A stretch of DNA of 64,000 nucleotides from an uncultured Actinomycetota bacterium (GTDB lineage Bacteria; Actinomycetota; Geothermincolia; Geothermincolales; Geothermincolaceae), in NCBI GenBank assembly GCA_964515075.1, contig CAZETE010000002.1, forward strand, positions 40,470-104,469. The letters are read 5' to 3'. Both the position numbers and the translations under genes were made by a program. Shown here piece after piece: positions 9,465-19,681 of the stretch. A model generated the notes under the pieces. It did not search any database. It worked only from the letters and a program-made list of their open reading frames with translations, and was not told the DNA's origin. Within the stretch, counting starts at the first letter, position 1. Every line of letters begins with the position of its first letter.

Positions 9465-10405
9465 GCCTCCCGCCCGTCCAGTACCCTCTTCAGCCCCTCC
9501 ACCTGCGAGCGGATGTGCTCCGCCGAAGCGGCCAGCGCCTCCCTCTCCGCGCCGTCCAGCCCGATTTCCACCACCCGCTTCCACCCCGAACGCCCCAGGA
9601 TGACCGGCACCCCCATGAAGATGCCCTCTATGCCCAGCTCGCCCTCCAGGTAGACGCTGGCCGGCAGGATGCTTCCCTCGTCGCGCAGGACCGCCCGCAC
9701 CAGCCGGAAGACGGCGGCGGAAGGCGCGTAGAAGGCGCTTCCGGTCTTCAGGTGGGAGACGATCTCCGCCCCCCCGTCCCGCGCCCGGGCCGCGTGCGCC
9801 GCGATCTCCTCGGAAGGCATCAGGCGGGTGAGCGGGACCCCTCCCACCTGCGTGTACTCGGGCAGCACGACCATGCTGTCCCCGTGGCCGCCCAGGATCA
9901 TGGCCCGCACCTCGTGGGGCGGGACCCCCAGGGCGGCGGCTATGAAGTACTGGAAGCGGGCGCAGTCCAGGGTCCCCGCCATGCCCAGCACCCGGTGCTT
10001 GTCCAGGCCGCTGAGCCTCCAGGTCAGCCAGGCCATCTCGTCCAGGGGGTTGGTGACCACGATCAGCACGGCCTCCGGGGCCGCCTCCACAACCCTCTCC
10101 GTCACCTCCCGCACGATGGCCGCGTTGGCGGAGATGAGGTCGTCGCGGGACATCCCGGGCTTGCGGGCCAGCCCCGCCGTCACCACCACCAGGTCGGCCC
10201 CTTCCGCCAGGCGGTAATCCGAGCCGCCGCTCACCCGGTTGGGCACGGCCAGAAAGGCCAGGGACTGGGCGATGTCCAGGGCCTTGCCGGCGGCCAGGCC
10301 CTCCGCCACGTCCAGCAGGACCACGTCGGCCAGGCCGGACTCGGCCACCCGCTGCGCGGTGGTGGCGCCGACCTGCCCGGCGCCGACGATCGCTACCTTG
10401 TCCAT
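9461..10405 (-). CDS. mdh: malate dehydrogenase (LDH-like, NAD-dependent)
   Basis: MDKVAIVGAGQVGATTAQ...VTNPLD...GGHGD motifs are present. Length is 314 aa. Confidence 0.85.
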   Translation of the reverse strand: MDKVAIVGAGQVGATTAQRVAESGLADVVLLDVAEGLAAGKALDIAQSLAFLAVPNRVSGGSDYRLAEGADLVVVTAGLARKPGMSRDDLISANAAIVREVTERVVEAAPEAVLIVVTNPLDEMAWLTWRLSGLDKHRVLGMAGTLDCARFQYFIAAALGVPPHEVRAMILGGHGDSMVVLPEYTQVGGVPLTRLMPSEEIAAHAARARDGGAEIVSHLKTGSAFYAPSAAVFRLVRAVLRDEGSILPASVYLEGELGIEGIFMGVPVILGRSGWKRVVEIGLDGAEREALAASAEHIRSQVEGLKRVLDGREA

Positions 10406-10530
10406 GCGGGGCCTCCCGTATGCCTCTCCGGGGATCCGTCCATCAATCCGGCCGGCGGATACAACATAACTATATTAATGGGATTCGCCCCCGGGTCAAA
10501 GGAACCCTCCCGCGCGCAGGGGGACCGCCC

Positions 10531-11814
10531 TCAGGCGGAGCGCCCTTCGCGCAGGTAGAGTCCGGTGATAAGGGCCCCCCCGAAGAGGGCGCAGAGGAAC
10601 GCCAGGGCCCAGAAGAAGGACTCGCCCGGCCCGCCCGCGGCCCCCTTGATGGCCTCCATGGCCAGGGTGATGACCACGCCCCCCGCGTTGCCCAGCAGCA
10701 GCAGGATGCCCGTGGCGGTGCCGGTCAGGGCGGACCCGGTGACCTCCTCGCAGTAGGTGAGCACCAGGGGGTAGGCCGCGAAGAGGAAGAACCCCAGCAG
10801 TGCCCCGGTGACGAAGATGAGCGGGACGCTCTCCAGCGTCCCGATGAGCAGGATGGTGGGGACGGCCATGGCCGCGGCCAGCACCAGGAAGGGCTTGCGC
10901 CGCATCAGCTTGTCGCTGACGGCCGGTATGACCACGCAGCCGGCCACCCCCGCCACCACCATCACCGCCCCGATGTTGCCGGCGGTGGTGGTGGAGATCC
11001 CCTGGGGCGCGAGGATCTTCTCCAGCAGCTGCAGCAGGCCGACGAAGGCCCCGTTGCCGATGAAGATGATCACGCAGAGCAGGCGGAAATCGTGCAGGGT
11101 GAAGATGGCGCCCATGCTCTTCCAGTCGATGGCCGCGTCCCCGCCCAGGACCTCGGCCTCCTCCCGCTGGGGCGGCAGGGGCGGCCTGGCCCGGCCCAGC
11201 AGCGCGAAGAGGGCCAGGGCGGCGGTGGCCGCGACGCTGTAGATGAGAACGATCCAGCGGAGGGAGCTGACCTCGGTCTCCCCGAAGGCCTCGAGCAAGA
11301 CCGGGGAGAGGACCTGCACCACGATCATCCCCAGGAACAGGGCCACGGTGGCCAGGCCGGTGGCCAGGGCGGACTCCCGGGAGGGGAACCAGGCGCTGAC
11401 CATCTTGGTGATGCTGTTGAGCACGAAGGGCTGTCCCAGGGCGATGCCGATGCTGCCCAGCAGGACCAGCGGGTAACTGTCGGCGAAGAGCCGCAGGTAA
11501 CTGCAGCCCGCGGTGAGCGCCGCCCCCACCATCACCGCGCAGCGCCAGTCCCTGCGGTCGATGATGATGCCGGCGGGGATGGACACGGGAACGTACAGCA
11601 GGGGATACATGGTGGCCAGCAGGACGATGGAGAACTCGCTCCAGCCCAGCATCTCCTCCAGCCTGGAGGTTATGGGGGCGTAGGTCAGCCACATCAGCTG
11701 GGTGAAGGCGGCGATGAGCATGAAGGCGCCCAGCACCACCCAGCGGAAGCCGTAGAGCCCGTGCCCACGCGCTTGAGCGGCGGGCTTGACCGCGGACGCA
11801 GCCTCTTCCGTCAA
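10531..11814 (-). CDS. MFS transporter
   Basis: 427 aa with ~12 TM helices and an MFS-type D-R/K-x-G-R-like loop (IIIDRRDWRC). Substrate unknown. Confidence 0.65.
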   Translation of the reverse strand: MTEEAASAVKPAAQARGHGLYGFRWVVLGAFMLIAAFTQLMWLTYAPITSRLEEMLGWSEFSIVLLATMYPLLYVPVSIPAGIIIDRRDWRCAVMVGAALTAGCSYLRLFADSYPLVLLGSIGIALGQPFVLNSITKMVSAWFPSRESALATGLATVALFLGMIVVQVLSPVLLEAFGETEVSSLRWIVLIYSVAATAALALFALLGRARPPLPPQREEAEVLGGDAAIDWKSMGAIFTLHDFRLLCVIIFIGNGAFVGLLQLLEKILAPQGISTTTAGNIGAVMVVAGVAGCVVIPAVSDKLMRRKPFLVLAAAMAVPTILLIGTLESVPLIFVTGALLGFFLFAAYPLVLTYCEEVTGSALTGTATGILLLLGNAGGVVITLAMEAIKGAAGGPGESFFWALAFLCALFGGALITGLYLREGRSA

Positions 11815-11999
11815 GGCACCCTCCTCACCTATGCCTGCCCTCGTTCGATTATAGACCCCGTGAGGAGATGCTCATAGCCTGAAGCCGTGCGTTATGCGGA
11901 GTGTCCCGGCGCCTTGACGTGCGCTCGCGTCAAGGCCCGGCGCTTCCCCGCCAGAGTGCCCTCGGGCAGCCGGCAACGGCGCGGGCCCGCTATCGACCT

Positions 12000-14057
12000 T
12001 TACTTCTCGGCGGCCCTGTCCGGGGCGGGCTGCTCCCCTTCCGGCTTCTGCTTGGTGGGGCAGGCGGGGTCGAGGCAGAGCACCCAGGGTTTGCGCCTGG
12101 CCGCGATGACCTTGATCTTGGGCGAGTTGCAGTCAGGGCAGATCTCCCCGGTGGCCATGACGCTGCCGGCCTGGGGCAGGGGGAAGGTGGTGGTGCATTC
12201 GGGGTAGCCGGAGCAGCCCACGAAGCGCTTCTTGGACTTGCGCGACCGCAGCATGCGCAGGCCTTCGCCGCATTGGGGACACTTGCCCAGGATCCTGTCC
12301 TCGCGGATGCCGCCGCGAATCTCCTCCACCAGCTTCTCCCGGCTGTCCTCGAGCATCTGCATGACCTCGTCCAGGCGGTCGCGGGACTTCTCCACCACCG
12401 CCTCGCGGGCGACCTGCCCCTCGGCGATCTTGTCCATGTCCTGCTCGAGTTCAGCGGTCATCTCCGGGGTGGAGATGGGGGTGGCGTACTTGCGCAGCGC
12501 CTCGGTGACGGCGATGCCCGTCTCCGTGGGCACCGGGGGGTCGCCCAGGATGTAGCCGCGCTCGTAGAGGCTCTCGATGATGGTGTGGCGGGTGGACTTG
12601 GTGCCCAGCCCCAGCTCCTCCATCTTCTCGATGAGCTTGCCCTGGCTGTAGCGGGCGGGCGGCTGGGTCTGCCCCTCGTCCAGGCTCTTCTCCTCCACTT
12701 CGACCTCCTGGCCCCGCTCGAGGGCGGGGAGGATGACGTCCTTCTTGCGCCCGTAGGCGTAGTAGCGGAGCCAGCCCTCGAAGGCCACCCGGGAGCCCCG
12801 GGCCACCAGGGGCTCGCCCCCGCTCTCCAGGTCGACCTTGACGCTCATAACCGTGGCCGCGGGGGCCAGGGTGGCCAAAAAACGGCGGAAGACCAGCTCG
12901 TAGACCTTCCAGTCCTGGTCATGCAGCTCGGAGCGGCGGGCCGGGGCGGTGGGGTAGATGGGCGGGTGGTCGGTGGTCTCCTTCTTGCCGCGGGTCGGCG
13001 TGATCTTGGGCTGGGCCAGCACCTCCCGGCAGTGGGGGCCCAGCCCCTCGGCGGCGGACAGCTCTCCGAGCAGCGCCCGCAGGTCCAGGGAGGACGGGTA
13101 GACGGTGTTGTCCACGCGCGGGTAGCTGATGAAGCCGTTCATGTACAGGTTCTCGGCGATGTTCATGGCCTTGGCCGCGTTGATGCCCTGAGAGGCCGCC
13201 GCGCTCAGGAAGCCGGTGGTGTTGAAGGGGATGGGCGGGTCCAGGCGGCGCTCCGTCTCCGCCACCTCCCGGATCTCGGCCGTCTTCCCGATGTTGGCGA
13301 AGGCCGCCTCGGCTTCTCCCTTAACGTCGAAGCGCTCCTTGCGGTGCTGGGCGGCGAAGGTCTCCCCGTCCCGCCCGCACCGCACCTTGACCGTCCAGAA
13401 GTTGACGGAGACGAACTCCTTGCGCTCGCGCTCGCGGTCGACGATCAGCGCCAGGGTGGGGCTCTGCACCCTCCCGGCCGAGAGGAACTGCTTGCCCAGC
13501 CGGGTGGAGGCCAGGGAGATGAAGCGGGTGAGACTGGCCCCCCACACCAGGTCGATGTCCTGGCGCGCCTCTCCCGCCTGCGCCAGGTCGTAGTAGATGT
13601 TCTCCAGGTTGGAGAAGGCCCGCTCGATCTCCTGCGGGGTGAGGGCGGAGAAACGGGCCCGCTTGACCTCGATCTCCGGGCTGACCTCCTTCACCTTGGC
13701 GACCACGTCCGCCCCGATGAGCTCGCCCTCGCGGTCGAAGTCGGTGGCGATGATCAACTCGTCCGCGTCCCTGGAATACTTCTGGATGTTCTTGAGCAGG
13801 GTCTTGTTGTTGGGGACCTTGACGATGTCGGCGCGCACCAGCTGGCGCGGGTCGACGCTCTGCCACTGCTGGTACTCCTCGGGGAAGTCGACCTTGAGGA
13901 TGTGCCCTTTCAGGCCGATGCACCGGTAATCCTCGCCGCCGCGCTCGAAGCTGTAGGCCGAGCTGCCGGCCTTGTCCAGCGGCTTGACCCGGTCCCCGGA
14001 GAGTATCTGGGCGATGCGCCGGGCGGTGGTGTTCTTCTCGGTGATGATCAGTCTCAA
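12000..14057 (-). CDS. type IA DNA topoisomerase with two C-terminal zinc ribbons (TTG start)
   Basis: TOPRIM start MRLIITEKNTTARRIAQIL with the DxDxEG motif (ATDFDREGELIG), the catalytic region GRVQSPTLALIVDRERE, and two Cx2C...Cx2C ribbons (CPQCGEG...CSGYPEC, CPDCNS...CLDPAC). TTG start with GAGGGGAAG upstream. Confidence 0.8.
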   Translation of the reverse strand: MRLIITEKNTTARRIAQILSGDRVKPLDKAGSSAYSFERGGEDYRCIGLKGHILKVDFPEEYQQWQSVDPRQLVRADIVKVPNNKTLLKNIQKYSRDADELIIATDFDREGELIGADVVAKVKEVSPEIEVKRARFSALTPQEIERAFSNLENIYYDLAQAGEARQDIDLVWGASLTRFISLASTRLGKQFLSAGRVQSPTLALIVDRERERKEFVSVNFWTVKVRCGRDGETFAAQHRKERFDVKGEAEAAFANIGKTAEIREVAETERRLDPPIPFNTTGFLSAAASQGINAAKAMNIAENLYMNGFISYPRVDNTVYPSSLDLRALLGELSAAEGLGPHCREVLAQPKITPTRGKKETTDHPPIYPTAPARRSELHDQDWKVYELVFRRFLATLAPAATVMSVKVDLESGGEPLVARGSRVAFEGWLRYYAYGRKKDVILPALERGQEVEVEEKSLDEGQTQPPARYSQGKLIEKMEELGLGTKSTRHTIIESLYERGYILGDPPVPTETGIAVTEALRKYATPISTPEMTAELEQDMDKIAEGQVAREAVVEKSRDRLDEVMQMLEDSREKLVEEIRGGIREDRILGKCPQCGEGLRMLRSRKSKKRFVGCSGYPECTTTFPLPQAGSVMATGEICPDCNSPKIKVIAARRKPWVLCLDPACPTKQKPEGEQPAPDRAAEK

Positions 14058-14148
14058 TCGGCTTCCCCTCTATCCGGCCCGAACATACGGGCCCTATGCT
14101 AAACAGAACCATTTCCGCTTGTCAAGGAAGGCTGACCGGCGCCGGAAC

Positions 14149-14177
14149 CGGAAAAGGCCGCCCGTCGGGGCGGCCTT
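14149..14177 (-). terminator. intrinsic terminator downstream of hppA
   Basis: GC hairpin GGCCGCCC-GTCG-GGGCGGCC followed on the minus strand by UUUUCC, immediately 3' of the hppA stop. Confidence 0.55.
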
Positions 14178-14194
14178 CCGGTACGCCTTCCGCC

Positions 14195-16378
14195 CTATCG
14201 GATGAAGATGGGCGCGAAGACCAGGGCGATGACCGTCATCACCTTGATCATGATGTTCATGCAGGGGCCGGCGGTGTCCTTGAAGGGGTCGCCCACCGTG
14301 TCGCCCACCACCGCGGCGGCGTGGGTGGGGGTGCCCTTGCCCCCCAGCTCACCCGACTCGATGTACTTCTTGGCGTTGTCCCAGGCCCCCCCGGCGTTGG
14401 CCATGAAGATGGCCATGAGGAAGCCCACCACCAGGGAGCCGGCCAGGTAGCCGGCCAGGGCGTCGACGTTCCAGAGCCCGATGGCGATGGGGCTGGCCAC
14501 GGCGATGGCGGCCGGGGCGACCATGTAGCGCAGGGCTCCCCGGGTGGAGATGTCCACGCACTTGGCGTACTCCGCCTTGACGCCCTCCCTGCCCTCCAGC
14601 AGGCCGGGGATCTCCCGGAACTGCCGGCGCACCTCCTCCACCATCTTGTTGGCGGCCTTACCCACCGCGTTGATGGCCAGGGAGGAGAAGAGGAAGGGGA
14701 AGGCGGCGCCCAGGAAGATGCCGATGATGGTGGTGTAGTGGGTCAGGTCGACGCCCACGTCGGCCTTGATGCCCACCGCGTCGGTGAAGGCGCGGAAGAG
14801 GGCCAGGGCGGTGACGCCGGCCGAGGCGATGGCGAAGCCCTTGGCGATGGCCGCGGTGGTGTTGCCGGCGGAGTCGAGGCTGTCGGTTATCTCGCGCACC
14901 TCGGGCGGCTGATGGGTCATCTCGGAGATGCCCCCGGCGTTGTCGGCTATGGGGCCGTAGGCGTCCACCGCCACCACCGTGCCGGTGGTGGAGAGCATGC
15001 CGATGGCGGCCAGGGCGATGCCGTAGATGCCGCCGGTGATGCCGAGGGAGGAGAGCTCGGGCTTAATCCCCGCACCGAAGGACCAGGCGCCGGTGATGGC
15101 CCAGCGCCCCGCCAGGAAGGCGGCGGCGATGGCGCCGACCAGCAGCAGGATGGAGCCGGCGGTGGACTGCATGCCCGCCGCGATGCCCGCCAGGATGTTG
15201 GTGGCCGAGCCGGTCTCCGACGACTTGGCGACCCTCTTGACGACGGGGAACCGGTCGGAGGTGTAGAACTCGGAGACCTGGCCGATGAGTATGCCCGCCG
15301 CGATGCCGGCCACGATGCTGATGAAGAAACCGATGGGGTGCTCTATGCCCTCGGTGTCCTTGAGGAACAGGGTCACCAGCAGCAGGGCGCCGGCGGTGGC
15401 CAGGACGGCCGAGCCGTAGGTGGCGATGGACAGGGCGCGGCCCGGGTGGGAGCTGACCTTGGCCCGCACCAGGAAGCTGGCCAGGATGGAGCAGACGATG
15501 CCCACCCCGGCGATGGCCAGGGGCAGGATCATGCCCTTCCACTCCTGGCCGGTGGCGACGGCCGCGAAGAGGATGGCCCCCAGGGCCACCGGGGCCACGA
15601 TGGAACCCACGTAGGACTCGTAGAGGTCGGCCCCCATGCCCGCCACGTCGCCCACGTTGTCGCCCACGTTGTCGGCGATGACCGCGGGGTTGCGCGGGTC
15701 GTCCTCGGGGATGCCCGCCTCCACCTTGCCCACCAGGTCGGCCCCCACGTCGGCGGCCTTGGTGAAGATGCCCCCGCCCACCCTGGCGAAGAGGGCGATG
15801 GAGGAGGCGCCCAGGCCGAACGCCGCGATGACGTCGGGCACCGAGTTGCGGCCCAGGGTGGTGACCTGGAGGATGGTCTCCGGCTTCCACCACTCGGTCA
15901 TCAGCAGGTAGACGAGGGAGACGCCGAAGAGGCCGATGCCCACCACCGCCAGGCCGGTGACCGAGCCGCCGCGGAAGGCCAGGCGCAGGGCGGTGCCCAT
16001 GCCGGTCTTGGCCGCCTGGGTGGTGCGGCAGTTGGCCCGCGTGGAGACGTACATGCCGATGACGCCGATGGAGCCCGAGCAGGCCACGCCGAAGAGGTAG
16101 GCCAGGGATTCGTAGCGGCCGATGGCCAGGCTGCCGCCGCCCGGGAGGTCGGCCTTGATGAAGAAGAACATGGCCACGGCCACCAGCAGCAGGAAGCCGA
16201 TGGCGGTGGAGTACTCGCGCTTGAGGAAGGCGGCCGCGCCTTCCTGCACGTGGCGGGAGATGCCCTGCATCTCCTCGTCCCCCGGGTCCTGCCGCAGGAC
16301 CCACCAGGCGTAGACCCCCGCCATGCCCATGCCCAGGATGCCCAGGGCCAGGGTTATATACGGCCAGGTGCTTTCCAT
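14195..16378 (-). CDS. hppA: membrane-bound pyrophosphatase (H+/Na+-translocating), K+-dependent type
   Basis: [17 protein letters not shown] and DNVGDNVGD motifs. Ala (not Lys) in GNTTAA indicates the K+-stimulated subclass. The real start is [12 protein letters not shown] at 16378; the ORF-track 5' extension to 16789 was rejected. Confidence 0.85.
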   Translation of the reverse strand: MESTWPYITLALGILGMGMAGVYAWWVLRQDPGDEEMQGISRHVQEGAAAFLKREYSTAIGFLLLVAVAMFFFIKADLPGGGSLAIGRYESLAYLFGVACSGSIGVIGMYVSTRANCRTTQAAKTGMGTALRLAFRGGSVTGLAVVGIGLFGVSLVYLLMTEWWKPETILQVTTLGRNSVPDVIAAFGLGASSIALFARVGGGIFTKAADVGADLVGKVEAGIPEDDPRNPAVIADNVGDNVGDVAGMGADLYESYVGSIVAPVALGAILFAAVATGQEWKGMILPLAIAGVGIVCSILASFLVRAKVSSHPGRALSIATYGSAVLATAGALLLVTLFLKDTEGIEHPIGFFISIVAGIAAGILIGQVSEFYTSDRFPVVKRVAKSSETGSATNILAGIAAGMQSTAGSILLLVGAIAAAFLAGRWAITGAWSFGAGIKPELSSLGITGGIYGIALAAIGMLSTTGTVVAVDAYGPIADNAGGISEMTHQPPEVREITDSLDSAGNTTAAIAKGFAIASAGVTALALFRAFTDAVGIKADVGVDLTHYTTIIGIFLGAAFPFLFSSLAINAVGKAANKMVEEVRRQFREIPGLLEGREGVKAEYAKCVDISTRGALRYMVAPAAIAVASPIAIGLWNVDALAGYLAGSLVVGFLMAIFMANAGGAWDNAKKYIESGELGGKGTPTHAAAVVGDTVGDPFKDTAGPCMNIMIKVMTVIALVFAPIFIR

Positions 16379-16470
16379 GCCATCACTCTCCTTCCGGGCT
16401 GCGTCTCTATCTGCGTTGACTGCCTGCGTCTGACTGCGTTTCCCTATATGATGAGAAATCAACCATCGAA

Positions 16471-16499
16471 ATATTAATGCAGGCGGGCGACAAAAGCAA
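16471..16499 (-). promoter_or_regulatory. sigma70-like promoter for hppA (TTGCTT-N17-TAATAT)
   Basis: Minus strand reads TTGCTTTTGTCGCCCGCCTGCATTAATAT, ~95 nt upstream of hppA ATG, in an AT-rich island. Confidence 0.45.
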
Positions 16500-16524
16500 T
16501 CGAGCCGGCAGGCCCCCTGCCCGC

Positions 16525-17985
16525 TTACGGCTGGAAGAGCCGGGTGAGGGTGACGGGGTGGTAGCCCCGCGCCAGCAGCTCCGGCACCAGGTACTTCAGG
16601 GTCTCGTAGGTGCCGTACCCGCCGAAGTGGAAGAGGAGGATGTGGCCCGGCTTGACCTTCTCCAGCATGGTGCGGGCCCGGTCCATGGGCGAGACGTTGG
16701 GGTTGACGGCGTCCCCGGAGTCCAGCGACCACATCACGGTGATGTAGCCGAGGTCCGCCGCCAGCGCGGCCACCCGCTCGTCCACCCACCCGCCGGGCGG
16801 GCGGAAGTACGGGTACTTCTTGCCGGTGGCGTCGGAGATGATCTGCTGCGCGGCCTTAAGTTCGCCCCACACCGCCTCGTCGGGCACCTCGATGAGCCGG
16901 TGGGGCCGGGCGATGGGGTGGGTATAGGTGTGGTTGGCCACCTCCCAGCCCAGGGCGTCCATGGCCTGCATCCACTCGGGGTGCCGGTCCGCCACCCCGC
17001 GGCCGATGAGGAAGACGGTGCAGTCGATGCCGTGGGAGTCCAGCAGCTCGACGATGCGCCAGTCCATGTTGAAGCCGTCGTCCAGGGTGATGGCCACCTC
17101 CATGCGGTCGGCGTTGCCGCCGTAGACGATGGCGGGCTCCACCGGGCCGTAGGAGAGGTCGCGTATCCTGCGCTCGGTCTCCTTGCCGTAATGGTAGTCG
17201 GCCAGCCAGGCCTGCAGCGCTTCCTCGCCCCGGGGCAGCAGGTCGAAGATGGACGCGCAGGCCGGGCCGTCCAGCTCGCGCGAGTCCTCGTGCCATCCCG
17301 CCGTGGGGGGCTGCAGCGTGATGACCTCGTCCACCCCGCTGAGCGCGGCTCCCCAGTCCTGCAGGGCGCGGTAGCCGATACCCGGGTCGACCCGGGTGGC
17401 CGCCGCCAGGTCGGACTGCAGCGAGCGGCGCATGACCAGGTCGCGCGGGGTGAAGAGCTCCCGCCAGAGCGCCCCGAAGCCTGCCAGGCAGCTCCCGGCC
17501 CGGCAGTCGCCGCCGGGCCCGGCCTCCCCTCCCGTGCGCGCCGCGCGCTCCCGCAGGCCGGCCAGCTCGCCGCCGGCGAGCGAGACGCACCGCTCCACCG
17601 GCAGGGAACAGGCCCCGGTCAGGGAGCCGACCAGGTGGGGCAGGCCCGCGCCGCGCAGCTCTTCCACCGTCTTGAGCTCCCCCCCCTCCTCCAGCCGCAT
17701 CTCGGGGGGGAGCGGCATCACCCACATCCGCCCCTCGAGGACGGCCACGAGGTAGGCGCCTCCGGGCTCTTCCTCCAGGACCAGCAGGGTCAGCGGGGTG
17801 CGCCCTTCCTCCGCGGGGCGCAGGAAGGCCTCGTACCCGGCGTCCGCCGCCGGCCAGGCGTGCAGGCGCCCCTCCAGGCGCCCCTCCCGCTGGGCCACTA
17901 TGGTCACCCCCAGCACCAGCCCCGCCAGGGCCGCCGCCAGGGCCAGCAGGGCTCCCTGCAGAAGATATCCGCTCCCCTTGCTCAA
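16525..17985 (-). CDS. membrane-anchored polysaccharide deacetylase (NodB family)
   Basis: N-terminal TM helix, ~250-aa unknown domain, then a C-terminal NodB domain (TLDDGF...HTYTHP...LLFHFG). Confidence 0.7.
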   Translation of the reverse strand: MSKGSGYLLQGALLALAAALAGLVLGVTIVAQREGRLEGRLHAWPAADAGYEAFLRPAEEGRTPLTLLVLEEEPGGAYLVAVLEGRMWVMPLPPEMRLEEGGELKTVEELRGAGLPHLVGSLTGACSLPVERCVSLAGGELAGLRERAARTGGEAGPGGDCRAGSCLAGFGALWRELFTPRDLVMRRSLQSDLAAATRVDPGIGYRALQDWGAALSGVDEVITLQPPTAGWHEDSRELDGPACASIFDLLPRGEEALQAWLADYHYGKETERRIRDLSYGPVEPAIVYGGNADRMEVAITLDDGFNMDWRIVELLDSHGIDCTVFLIGRGVADRHPEWMQAMDALGWEVANHTYTHPIARPHRLIEVPDEAVWGELKAAQQIISDATGKKYPYFRPPGGWVDERVAALAADLGYITVMWSLDSGDAVNPNVSPMDRARTMLEKVKPGHILLFHFGGYGTYETLKYLVPELLARGYHPVTLTRLFQP

Positions 17986-17992
17986 ACCCTCT

Positions 17993-18631
17993 TCACTCCC
18001 CTCTCCCGCTGATCTTCTCCTCCAGGTGGGCGATGGCGCCCTTCAGCTTGTGCTGGCGGATGGCGGTGGTGAGGTCGCCGCGGGTCCGCTCCATGATGGC
18101 GCGGGCCCCATCGGTGGTGCGCCGCAGCCCCCCGGTGATGGCGTCCGGGTAGTCGAAGGAGACCAGCAGGTAGTAGATGTCGTCCATGGCCGCCAGCAGC
18201 TCGTCCCCCCGCTCCATCTGGTCCTCGCGGATGATGTCCAGGACGTAGCGGCGCAGCTCCCCCACCGCCTCCCCCACCCCGTTGAGATAGGGGGCGTACT
18301 CCACCCCCAGCTGGTCCGGGTCGGGGATGCCCTCGCCGCGCACCAGGGCGTAGGTGGTGCGGGCCTCCGCGTACTCCTTCTGCGCGTCCATGAAGAAGCC
18401 GGCGCTGTAGATCTCGGGGTGGTCCCGGGTGATCTCCTTCAGCTTCCTCAAGTCCTCCGCCGCCTCGTCCATCAACTCCAGGGCCCCTTCCTCGTCGCCG
18501 CGGTGGACGCCGCGGATGGCCACGCTGGCGTTGCGGATGATGCGCCGGCTGACCTTCAAGGTCTCCTCCCGCACGCGGTTCTTGGCCTCGAAGTCGGGCT
18601 TGATACGCTCGGCTATCTGTTCCCAGTCCAT
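17993..18631 (-). CDS. translin-family protein
   Basis: 212 aa. By eye it aligns to translin helices (VREETLKVSRRIIRNASVAIRGVHRG vs translin IREEIRKVVQSLEQTAREILTLLQGVHQ). Confidence 0.5.
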   Translation of the reverse strand: MDWEQIAERIKPDFEAKNRVREETLKVSRRIIRNASVAIRGVHRGDEEGALELMDEAAEDLRKLKEITRDHPEIYSAGFFMDAQKEYAEARTTYALVRGEGIPDPDQLGVEYAPYLNGVGEAVGELRRYVLDIIREDQMERGDELLAAMDDIYYLLVSFDYPDAITGGLRRTTDGARAIMERTRGDLTTAIRQHKLKGAIAHLEEKISGRGE

Positions 18632-18797
18632 GCCTCGCCCCCATCTTCTTACAATATATAAATATTCTAGTGGTATTATAGCAGGCGAGGATGGATGAGG
18701 CGAGGGCGGCCGCGGGTGGGCGGCGGGGCCCGGCCCCGGATATAATGGTGGCGGAGGAGGCGGCCGGAGGCGGCCGGCATCGTTGACGGAGGTTGAG

Positions 18798-19616
18798 ATG
18801 AAGACGCTGGTTCTCTACGAGTCCTGCACCGGCAATACCGCGCTGGCCGCCGAAGTGGTCCGCCGGACCCTCGAGGACGGCGGGCACCGCTGCGAGCTGC
18901 GCCGCTACCGCGAGACCCCGCCGGAGAGGCTGGCGGGTTTCGACCTCTACTGCTTCGCCGCGCCCGTCCAGGGGTTCGCGCCGCTGGCCCCGGTCTACCG
19001 CTACCTCCAGGGCCTGCCCGAACTGCCGGGCCGGCCGGCCTTCATCGTCACCACCAGCGCGGGCTGGCCCAGCCAGAGCCACCGCATGATGGCGCGCCTC
19101 CTTGCCCGGCGCGGCCTGGCGGTGCTCGGCGCCCACATGATGCCCTGCGCGGACAGCTGGCCCCTGGGGCGCGTCCTCGACCGGCACTTCTTCGACCGCC
19201 TCTCCTTCCCCCGCAGGCGGGCGGTGCGCAGGACCGCGGCCTTCACGGAGAAGATGGTCGACCGGGCCTACCGCCACCTGGACGGCATCGAGGTCAGGCG
19301 GGCGCCCCGCGCGCTCTTCCCCACCCCCCTGCTGCTGATGGGCCTGGCCTCGGTCCGCGGCGCGCTCTCCCGGGCCCTCGGGACCAGGTCGGTGAGCACG
19401 GACGACTGCACCCGCTGCCGCACCTGCGTGGACGGCTGCCCGGTCGGCGCCGTCTCCCTCGACCCCTACCCCGTCTTCTCCGACGCCTGCATCGGCTGCT
19501 GGGGGTGCTTCAACAACTGCCCCCACTCGGCCATCCTCACGAGCCTGTGCGGCCCCAGGAATTACTACCGCGGCATCCCCGACCCGGAGAAGCTGCTGAA
19601 GAAGGCCCTGCGGTGA
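18798..19616 (+). CDS. flavodoxin-like domain fused to a 2x[4Fe-4S] ferredoxin domain
   Basis: MKTLVLYESCTGNTA is a flavodoxin FMN-binding start. The C-terminus has CTRCRTCVDGCP and CIGCWGCFNNCP. GGAGG sits 5 nt upstream of the ATG at 18798. An extended -10 (TGGTATTAT) lies at 18670-18680. Confidence 0.7.
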   Translation: MKTLVLYESCTGNTALAAEVVRRTLEDGGHRCELRRYRETPPERLAGFDLYCFAAPVQGFAPLAPVYRYLQGLPELPGRPAFIVTTSAGWPSQSHRMMARLLARRGLAVLGAHMMPCADSWPLGRVLDRHFFDRLSFPRRRAVRRTAAFTEKMVDRAYRHLDGIEVRRAPRALFPTPLLLMGLASVRGALSRALGTRSVSTDDCTRCRTCVDGCPVGAVSLDPYPVFSDACIGCWGCFNNCPHSAILTSLCGPRNYYRGIPDPEKLLKKALR

Positions 19617-19681
19617 AGCCGCCACGGACCCGCCCTTCTGCGTTATGATTGGCCCGATGCCGGGAGGTCGGTGAGCGCTTG

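Noticed and set aside
11901-14102. 733-aa plus-strand ORF opposite the topoisomerase gene
   Set aside because: Fully antisense to a conserved type IA topoisomerase. Composition-driven (G/L/A/R-rich). No recognisable domains.
14096-18012. Long plus-strand ORFs (14096..16477 and 16477..18012) and minus ORF 15063..16304
   Set aside because: Shadow ORFs overlapping hppA and the deacetylase gene in alternative frames or strands. Low-complexity G/A/D/H-rich products.
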